From: a virus
Taxonomy: Duplodnaviria; Heunggongvirae; Uroviricota; Caudoviricetes
DNA: 4,030 nucleotides
Strand: one strand, 5' to 3'
IMG/VR virus record: IMGVR_UViG_2675903505_000004
Part shown: piece by piece, positions 1-4,030 of the stretch
Numbering within the stretch: position 1 is the stretch's first letter
Layout of the letters: every line of letters begins with the position of its first letter
The notes under the pieces: generated by a model
Databases searched by the model: none
Told to the model about the DNA's origin: nothing
What the model saw: only the letters and a program-made list of their open reading frames with translations
Translations under genes and position numbers: made by a program

Positions 1-77
1 GCCACCGTGTATTTCTGGTCAACAACCAGTTGAGCGGATTCGCGTTTAAACTCTGCGCTAAAATTTCTTTTTTTCAT
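1..77 (-). CDS. insN: IS911 OrfA (InsN-like transposase regulatory/DNA-binding subunit), N-terminal 25 codons only; continues past position 1
   Basis: Revcomp of 1-77 translates [25 protein letters not shown], which matches the N-terminus of IS911 OrfA as I remember it. Start ATG is complement of 75-77. Confidence 0.8.
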   Translation of the reverse strand, partial: MKKRNFSAEFKRESAQLVVDQKYTV

Positions 78-113
78 TGGAGCACCTGTGTTGTTCTGAG
101 GTGAGCATATCAC

Positions 114-149
114 CTCTGTTCAGGTGGCCAAATTCAGTGTGCCACTTCA
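114..149 (-). repeat. IS911-like terminal inverted repeat (IRL), 36 bp
   Basis: Revcomp of 114-149 aligns with 3971-4006 at 24 of 36 positions, including 8/8 terminal bases TGAAGTGG and a shared GGCCACC core. This is the imperfect-IR pattern typical of IS3-family ends. Confidence 0.75.
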
Positions 150-334
150 CCCATAATGGGCTTTTAATCCTATCGTTTATTGCTTGCATAGTAGAATCTA
201 ACCATCCATCACTCATAGCTAACCCTCGGAAATCTTACATTTCTGTCTATCATAACCACTAGCATCACCTTTAGGAACCATCTGAAACGGGAGGTGTATT
301 TAGACCTTGCTAATCTTAGACAGCCGCCCGGTTC

Positions 335-598
335 ATGCATCACGTCCACACAGTGAATGGTCTGAAAACATCAATGTCGCGTAAAGGTAACTGTTACGAC
401 AACGCTCCGATGGAAAGCTTCTGGGGAACGCTGAAAAATGAGAGCCTGAGCCACTATCGTTTTAATAACCGGGATGAAGCCATCTCAGTAATACGGGAAT
501 ACATTGAGATTTTCTACAATCGTCAGCGTCGTCACTCTCGTCTGGGGAATATCTCCCCGGCAGCCTTCAGGGAAAAATATCATCAGATGGCTGCTTAA
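335..598 (+). pseudogene. IS3-family transposase (OrfB, DDE integrase core) C-terminal fragment; not IS911
   Basis: Translation contains SMSRKGNCYDNAPMESFWGTLKNE and EYIEIFYNRQRRHSRLGNISP, the conserved C-terminal block around the catalytic E of IS3-family OrfB. Only about 85 codons are present; frame is open from 314 but recognisable homology begins near 345. No upstream catalytic domain, so it is a remnant. It differs from the IS911 OrfB C-terminus as I recall it (GNCWDNSPMERFF). Confidence 0.8.
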
Positions 599-838
599 AA
601 AAGAACAAATGGTAGTGTCCGCTATTGCCAGTACACCTCACAACGCCATCCTGACAAGCGTTTTATCTTCAACGGGAATGAGATATGGAAACGTGGAGAA
701 TCAACCACAGAGTATACCCGCGCACACCAGCGAACAATCAGACGACTGCGCAGACTCATCGCCAGGAAACAGTATACAGAAAAATGGTTCAGAAAATATG
801 ACACATGGAGCGCCGGATATTACGAACTGATGGCAACA
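599..838 (+). pseudogene. Possible 3' remnant of a truncated gene (79 codons, no start codon), basic C-terminal tail
   Basis: Frame +2 is open from just after the transposase-fragment stop (596-598) to TGA 836-838 and encodes ...NGNEIWKRGESTTEYTRAHQRTIRRLRRLIARKQYTEKWFRKYDTWSAGYYELMATKPF with no internal Met until the last few codons. Protein-like composition but no family recognised. Confidence 0.2.
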
Positions 839-910
839 AAACCATTCTGACGTAAACGAAATTAACCATGACGCAATTAAATAAGGCAAGCCGAATACAT
901 CAGGAGGACC

Positions 911-1099
911 ATGAACATTTATTTCAGAATAGTTATATCACTGGCAATTATCGCATGTATTTACGGATTAATCGTTCCGGCCCTCATATCAATGAAGGAT
1001 ACGGTAGCAGTGATTTCTGGCTTTGCTCTGGCGTGTCTGACCCCGCCCTGCATTTATGCCATTTATAAGGGTCTTTCTTTTTCTAAGGATAAAAGATGA
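911..1099 (+). CDS. Small membrane protein, 62 aa, two predicted TM helices with basic C-terminus
   Basis: SD-like AGGAGG at 903-908 then ATG 911. Two hydrophobic segments (RIVISLAIIACIYGLIVPALI and VAVISGFALACLTPPCIYAIY) separated by a short polar loop. Stop TGA 1097-1099 overlaps the next gene's ATG (ATGA at 1096-1099). Confidence 0.55.
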   Translation: MNIYFRIVISLAIIACIYGLIVPALISMKDTVAVISGFALACLTPPCIYAIYKGLSFSKDKR

Positions 1100-1923
1100 A
1101 AAAAGTTATTCCTGCTTTAGCCCTTGTTCTGCTGACCACCGGACTTGTCGGTTGCGATCGCGTTGAGCCTGGTAATGTTGGCATCAAGGTAAACAAACTG
1201 GGCGACGATAAAGGCGTCGGAGAAGTGGTCGGTGTTGGGCGCTACTGGACGGGATGGAACACTGAGGTTTACATCTTCCCGACCTTCAAACAAATGAAGA
1301 CCTACGATGAGCCATTCAGCTTCCAGATGAGTGACGGTACAACCATCGGCTATCACATCGGCGTGGCCTACAAAGTTGATCCATCCAAAGTTACCACAGT
1401 CTTTCAGACCTACCGCAAAGGCGTGGACGACATTACCGACACCGACCTGCGCCAGAAGATAGCCGACGCACTCAACCGACTGGCCAGCAAAATGACCACC
1501 GACAAATTTATCGACGGCGGCAAGTCTGAGCTGCTGGATGCAGCTCTTAAAGACATTCAGGAAGAAATGACGCCCATCGGTATTCAGGTAATGAGCCTCT
1601 CATATGTGGGTAAGCCGGAGTACCCGCCTACTGTTATCGACAGCATTAATGCCAAAGTCACGGCGAACCAGAAAACCCTGCAATGCGAGCAGGAAGTAAA
1701 ACAGCGCGAAGCGGAAGCCAACATGTTGCGCGCGGAAGCTGCCGGACAGGCAGATGCGATTCGCACAAAAGCCCAGGCCGAAGCCGATGCTATTCGTTTA
1801 CGCGGTGAAGCTCTGCGCCAGAACCCAAACGTTATGGAGCTGGAAGCCATCAACAAGTGGAACGGTACACTGCCGCAATACATGACCAGCGGTGCCAACA
1901 CACCATTTATTCAGGTTAAGTAA
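1096..1923 (+). CDS. SPFH/band-7 (prohibitin/HflC-like) domain lipoprotein, 275 aa, predicted inner-membrane-anchored and periplasm-facing
   Basis: N-terminus MKKVIPALALVLLTTGLVGC is a signal peptide with lipobox LVGC; the residue after the Cys is Asp (CDRVEP), the classic inner-membrane retention signal. The body has an SPFH-like core followed by an Ala/Glu/Arg-rich coiled coil (REAEANMLRAEAAGQADAIRTKAQAEADAIRLRGEA) as in HflC/HflK/prohibitin C-termini. SD AAGGA at 1085-1089. Confidence 0.8.
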   Translation: MKKVIPALALVLLTTGLVGCDRVEPGNVGIKVNKLGDDKGVGEVVGVGRYWTGWNTEVYIFPTFKQMKTYDEPFSFQMSDGTTIGYHIGVAYKVDPSKVTTVFQTYRKGVDDITDTDLRQKIADALNRLASKMTTDKFIDGGKSELLDAALKDIQEEMTPIGIQVMSLSYVGKPEYPPTVIDSINAKVTANQKTLQCEQEVKQREAEANMLRAEAAGQADAIRTKAQAEADAIRLRGEALRQNPNVMELEAINKWNGTLPQYMTSGANTPFIQVK

Positions 1924-1930
1924 TACATAT

Positions 1931-1951
1931 GCCCGGTATTACACGCCGGGC
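1931..1951 (+). promoter_or_regulatory. GC-rich stem-loop in the SPFH to ORF6N intergenic region (6-bp stem GCCCGG/CCGGGC, 9-nt loop)
   Basis: Inverted repeat at 1931-1936 and 1946-1951 read directly from the sequence. It is not followed by a T-run, so it is more likely an RNA processing or stability element, or a partial attenuator, than an intrinsic terminator. Confidence 0.3.
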
Positions 1952-1966
1952 TGTCTGGAGATAAAA

Positions 1967-2716
1967 ATGAATACTGTAACCATCAACAACAAACAGTTTC
2001 CGGTAATCGAATATCGCGGTCAGCGTGTTGTGACGCTGGCGATGATTGATGAAGTCCACCAGCGACCGGAAGGAACCGCGCGTGCAGCATTCAACCGAAA
2101 CCGTGAGCATTTCATCAGCGGTGTGGATTATGCCGAATTAGGTGCGGACGTAATACGTACGGACCTCCCGGAAGGAACATTCTCTAAATTTGCACCATCG
2201 GGGATTGTACTTTTTGAATCAGGTTACCTGATGTTGACGAAGCCATTCAATGACGCCCTTGCCTGGCAGGTTCAGCGCGAACTGGTTAACAGCTACTTCC
2301 GCACTCGCACACCGCTAACGGAAATCGAGATGATCGCTGCGATAGCCGCCGACGCTGTTCGTCAACAGAAGCGCCTGAATCATGTGGAAGAACAGCTCGA
2401 AACAGTCACAGAAGCGGTGGAAACCATCAAACGCGGAAATATGCGCGCCGGATATGTCGGTTACCGCCAGGTGGTAGCCAAAAGTGGAATGAGTGACACC
2501 AAGTGTCGGAATCTGGTGAACGCATATCAAATTCCTACAGACACCCACGAATTCATGACTCCGGACGGTCTGTTGTCTCGCAGGGCTATCGTCGAGCTTG
2601 AGCCATTTATGGCGGCGTTCCACCAAATGATGTCAGAGGCTGACCCACGCGGCACACGCTGGTATCACCCGAAGATGGGGCTTTTCCAGGTGATCGGATG
2701 GGAGGATAAAGCATGA
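1967..2716 (+). CDS. ORF6N/KilA-N-like DNA-binding domain protein (phage antirepressor-like N-domain) with coiled-coil middle and uncharacterised C-terminal domain, 249 aa
   Basis: Start chosen at ATG 1967 (GGAG at 1957-1960, 6-nt spacer) rather than the upstream in-frame ATG 1892 that overlaps the SPFH gene. N-terminus MNTVTINNKQFPVIEYRGQRVVTLAMIDEVHQRPEGTARAAFNRNREHFISGVDYAEL fits the ORF6N/KilA-N pattern. Stop TGA 2714-2716 overlaps the next ATG 2713 (ATGA). Confidence 0.65.
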   Translation: MNTVTINNKQFPVIEYRGQRVVTLAMIDEVHQRPEGTARAAFNRNREHFISGVDYAELGADVIRTDLPEGTFSKFAPSGIVLFESGYLMLTKPFNDALAWQVQRELVNSYFRTRTPLTEIEMIAAIAADAVRQQKRLNHVEEQLETVTEAVETIKRGNMRAGYVGYRQVVAKSGMSDTKCRNLVNAYQIPTDTHEFMTPDGLLSRRAIVELEPFMAAFHQMMSEADPRGTRWYHPKMGLFQVIGWEDKA

Positions 2717-3282
2717 TCATCCAGTCAAAACTTATTCGCGCCGCTCTGGTGTGCGCTGCTAAAAACGACGTTCGTTATTACCTGAACGGTCTTCACATCA
2801 CGCCGAAACATATTGAGGCAACCAATGGTTCCGTGGCACTGCGCATGGCTCACGGCATCCGGACGAAGAAAAACATCATTGTCCAGTTCGAAGGGGGCGT
2901 CCCGGCCAAAGCCGAAACGACAGAGCTGATTTTTAGTAAAGAGCCGATCGCTGTTCATCGCGACCAGTTTCAGCGACGACTGTCCATTACCGGCATTAAA
3001 CTGGTGGACGGTTGTTTTCCGGATTTGGATCGCATCATTCCGAAAAAGTTTGACCGCTGTACTCACCCGGTGCTCCAGGCGGGTTACCTGAGTTATCCAG
3101 AGAAGATGTTTGGTCGTGAGCGTAAATTTATTCCCGTCCAGTTACGTCCCTCCGGTGACGGGCAAGCGGTCAGAATTCAGTTTGATTCCATCATCAACTC
3201 AATGTATGGCAATCCTGAATTTGTTGTGATGCCTTGTCGTGATCATGGCGATTTCAACGTGGCTCAGGAGCATCCGGAATGA
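2713..3282 (+). CDS. DNA polymerase III beta sliding clamp (DnaN) domain II-III-like protein; truncated clamp homolog lacking domain I, 189 aa
   Basis: Three blocks align with E. coli DnaN as recalled: AKNDVRYYLNGLHI vs AHQDVRYYLNGMLF (domain II), IKLVDGCFPDLDRIIPKK vs SKLVDGRFPDYRRVLPKN (domain II/III junction), and EFVVMPCR vs AYVVMPMRL (extreme C-terminus). The domain III equivalent is shortened. Own SD GGAGGA at 2701-2706. Stop TGA 3280-3282 overlaps the next ATG 3279. Confidence 0.65.
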   Translation: MIIQSKLIRAALVCAAKNDVRYYLNGLHITPKHIEATNGSVALRMAHGIRTKKNIIVQFEGGVPAKAETTELIFSKEPIAVHRDQFQRRLSITGIKLVDGCFPDLDRIIPKKFDRCTHPVLQAGYLSYPEKMFGRERKFIPVQLRPSGDGQAVRIQFDSIINSMYGNPEFVVMPCRDHGDFNVAQEHPE

Positions 3283-3401
3283 AAATCGAATACCAGGACG
3301 CCGCAGGAGGTGAATCAATGAGCTGGCCTGATGCAATCGTAACTCTGGGGATGGTATTCGCAGTAGCGTTTGTTGTGTACTCGATTTGTCGATGGGGATA
3401 A
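3279..3401 (+). CDS. Tiny single-TM membrane peptide (40 aa from ATG 3279; alternative start ATG 3318 gives 27 aa)
   Basis: Not in the supplied ORF track (too short). Translation MKIEYQDAAGGESMSWPDAIVTLGMVFAVAFVVYSICRWG, stop TAA 3399-3401. ATG 3279 is ATGA-coupled to the clamp-like gene with AGGAG at 3266-3270; the internal ATG 3318 is preceded by a strong AGGAGG at 3305-3310. Hydrophobic core LGMVFAVAFVVYSI. Confidence 0.3.
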   Translation: MKIEYQDAAGGESMSWPDAIVTLGMVFAVAFVVYSICRWG

Positions 3402-3405
3402 CCAC

Positions 3406-3648
3406 ATGTTCGCTTTGATTCAACGCGGGCAGATATACACAGACAGAGCCGGATACCCAGTAGAAATTACTCGCAGTACTGAGCACTCAGTGTTCTTTCG
3501 GAGGATGGACGGACGTACCGGGCGAGTACGCATCGGTGAATTCAGTAGCCTGTTCGAGCATATTGACCACCTGGAATATCACAAGATTCTGGCTGAAACA
3601 GAACAAGAAAAGCACCTGAAGAAATTACGCGCAATGCAAAGGAAGTAA
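3406..3648 (+). CDS. Small phage-type protein, DUF4222-like, 80 aa
   Basis: Start ATG 3406 (MFALIQRGQIYTDRAGYPVEITRSTEHSVFFRRMDGRTGRVRIGEFSSLFEHID...) preferred over the track's ATG 3370, which would overlap the upstream peptide. The spacing of YxDxxG, V.IT, V.F.RR and GEF...F resembles DUF4222 proteins from lambdoid prophages as I recall them. Stop TAA 3646-3648. Confidence 0.45.
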   Translation: MFALIQRGQIYTDRAGYPVEITRSTEHSVFFRRMDGRTGRVRIGEFSSLFEHIDHLEYHKILAETEQEKHLKKLRAMQRK

Positions 3649-3651
3649 AAA

Positions 3652-3798
3652 ATGAATAAAGCGTTTGAGCTATGGGTCCACCAGCGTTACGGCAACCACT
3701 ACGACCTGACGCGAGATGTTGACGGTTTCTACTGTCGTGAAATTGTGAAACGAATGTTTGAGGTCTGGTGCCACTGCCGTGGGCTGAGTGTTGTGTGA
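3652..3798 (+). CDS. Small Cys/His-containing protein, 48 aa
   Basis: Not in the supplied ORF track. SD AGGAAG at 3638-3643, then ATG 3652, only 3 nt after the upstream stop. Translation MNKAFELWVHQRYGNHYDLTRDVDGFYCREIVKRMFEVWCHCRGLSVV, stop TGA 3796-3798. Possible metal ligands C28, C40, H41, C42. Confidence 0.3.
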   Translation: MNKAFELWVHQRYGNHYDLTRDVDGFYCREIVKRMFEVWCHCRGLSVV

Positions 3799-3806
3799 GG
3801 TAATGC

Positions 3807-4004
3807 ATGGGCAATGTGATTCAACTGGCTCCCAATGAATGGGTTTGTGAAAGCGTTCTAATCGCAATTACCGGGCTCAAACCAGGCACAATTCTTCGGA
3901 CCCGGAAAGAATGCTGGATGGTTGGAAGAGAGTATATTCACGTATCACCAGACGGTAATCCAAAGCCTTCTGAAGTGGTCAACAAAAACTGGCCACCGAG
4001 TTAG
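3807..4004 (+). CDS. Excisionase-like (phage Xis/DUF1233-like) protein, 3' end disrupted by IS911-like insertion; chimeric ORF whose last 10 codons and stop are IS-derived
   Basis: SD GAGG at 3797-3800 then ATG 3807. Translation MGNVIQLAPNEWVCESVLIAITGLKPGTILRTRKECWMVGREYIHVSPDGNPKPS resembles excisionase-like small DNA-binding proteins of lambdoid prophages (recalled motif TGLKPGTI...RK.CWM.GREY.H..PDGNPKP). From codon 3972 onward the reading frame lies inside the IS inverted repeat (EVVNKNWPPS, then stop). Confidence 0.5.
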   Translation: MGNVIQLAPNEWVCESVLIAITGLKPGTILRTRKECWMVGREYIHVSPDGNPKPSEVVNKNWPPS

Positions 4005-4006
4005 AG
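3971..4006 (-). repeat. IS911-like terminal inverted repeat (IRR), 36 bp
   Basis: 24 of 36 positions identical to the revcomp of 114-149, including the terminal TGAAGTGG and the GGCCACC core. Confidence 0.75.
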
Positions 4007-4030
4007 TTTTTCCAGTATCGATTTTCCGAT
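3971..4030 (-). mobile_element. IS911-like (IS3 family) insertion sequence, partial: IRR end; element body continues beyond window end
   Basis: 3971-4006 reads TGAAGTGGTCAACAAAAACTGGCCACCGAGTTAGAG, the imperfect inverted-repeat partner of the element end at 114-149. The outer tip is at 3971 and the body extends rightward, so the element is in the same (minus) orientation as the left copy. Confidence 0.75.

Larger units (their letters stand above)
1..149 (-). mobile_element. IS911-like (IS3 family) insertion sequence, partial: IRL-proximal end with orfA start; element body continues beyond window start
   Basis: Seen in sequence: revcomp of 114-149 reads TGAAGTGGCACACTGAATTTGGCCACCTGAACAGAG (IS3-family TG... 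terminus), and the orfA start codon lies about 70 bp inside it on the minus strand. From memory this matches the IS911 left end and OrfA N-terminus. Outer tip at 149. Confidence 0.8.

Noticed and set aside
77-262. Plus-strand ORF 77-262 (61 aa)
   Set aside because: Runs across the IS911 inverted repeat and tip (114-149) antisense to the orfA start; an artefact of the open frame across the IS boundary.
504-830. Plus-strand ORF 504-830 (108 aa)
   Set aside because: Starts inside the transposase fragment in another frame and gives a Ser/Thr-rich product with no recognisable features; probably a chance open frame. The +2-frame remnant 599-838 was kept only as a low-confidence alternative.
622-889. 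Minus-strand ORFs 622-804 and 701-889 in the scarred region
   Set aside because: Short, overlapping one another, no RBS, no recognisable motifs; the region is IS-disrupted remnant DNA.
839-910. Sigma70 promoter upstream of the first operon gene
   Set aside because: Only weak -10-like hexamers (TAAATA at 878-883) with no -35 at proper spacing. The native promoter is probably upstream and displaced by the IS events, so no promoter is called.
868-1068. Plus-strand ORF 868-1068 (66 aa) overlapping the small membrane protein gene
   Set aside because: Different frame from 911-1099, no SD upstream of its ATG, and a His/Cys-rich low-complexity product. The 911 ORF has an AGGAGG RBS and a clean two-TM profile.
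1931-1951. Hairpin interpreted as an intrinsic terminator
   Set aside because: The stem is followed by CTGTCTGGAG, not a T-run, and the downstream genes clearly belong to the same operon.
1892-1966. Upstream in-frame start ATG 1892 for the ORF6N gene (track gives 274 aa)
   Set aside because: It would overlap the SPFH gene by 32 bp and add 25 residues before the domain. ATG 1967 has a properly spaced GGAG and starts exactly at the ORF6N-like domain.
2713-3282. Clamp-like ORF as an authentic host dnaN gene or fragment
   Set aside because: It is too short (189 aa versus about 366), lacks domain I, is strongly diverged outside three motifs, and is embedded and translationally coupled in a phage-type operon rather than the dnaA-dnaN-recF context.
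3370-3405. Upstream start ATG 3370 for the DUF4222-like gene
   Set aside because: It would overlap the tiny TM ORF and lacks a good SD. ATG 3406 follows GGGGA with a 7-nt spacer and sits 4 nt after the upstream stop.
1117-3867. Minus-strand ORFs in the track (1117-1356, 1584-1901, 1916-2110, 2315-2626, 2725-3066, 3199-3486, 3542-3814, 3670-3867)
   Set aside because: All lie antisense to plus-strand genes that have recognisable domains, RBSs and coupled start/stop overlaps. None has a convincing RBS or domain signature, so they are most likely shadow ORFs.
1-4030. CRISPR arrays, tRNA or rRNA genes, tandem repeats
   Set aside because: No regularly spaced direct repeats, no tRNA-like cloverleaf candidates and no rRNA-like conserved stretches were noticed on either strand.

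Overview
This window looks like an IS-scarred fragment of a lambdoid-type prophage early region, with no rRNA, tRNA or CRISPR array. All identifications are from reading the sequence and recalling protein families; no database search was run. Both ends carry partial IS911-like (IS3 family) elements in the same (minus) orientation: an IRL tip at 149 with the orfA start at 77..1, and an IRR tip at 3971. Just inside the left IS lies a C-terminal fragment of a different IS3-family transposase (335-598) and an orphan start-less ORF tail (599-838). The core (911-4004) is a tightly packed plus-strand operon of eight genes, three joined by ATGA start/stop overlaps. It encodes a small two-TM protein, an SPFH/band-7 lipoprotein, an ORF6N/KilA-N-like protein, a truncated DnaN (beta-clamp) domain II-III-like protein, a tiny TM peptide, a DUF4222-like protein, a small Cys/His protein, and an excisionase-like gene whose 3' end is cut by the right-hand IS. 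The most unusual candidates are the clamp-like mini-protein and the membrane/SPFH pair, which together could form an uncharacterised prophage accessory module (replication interference, superinfection exclusion or defence).
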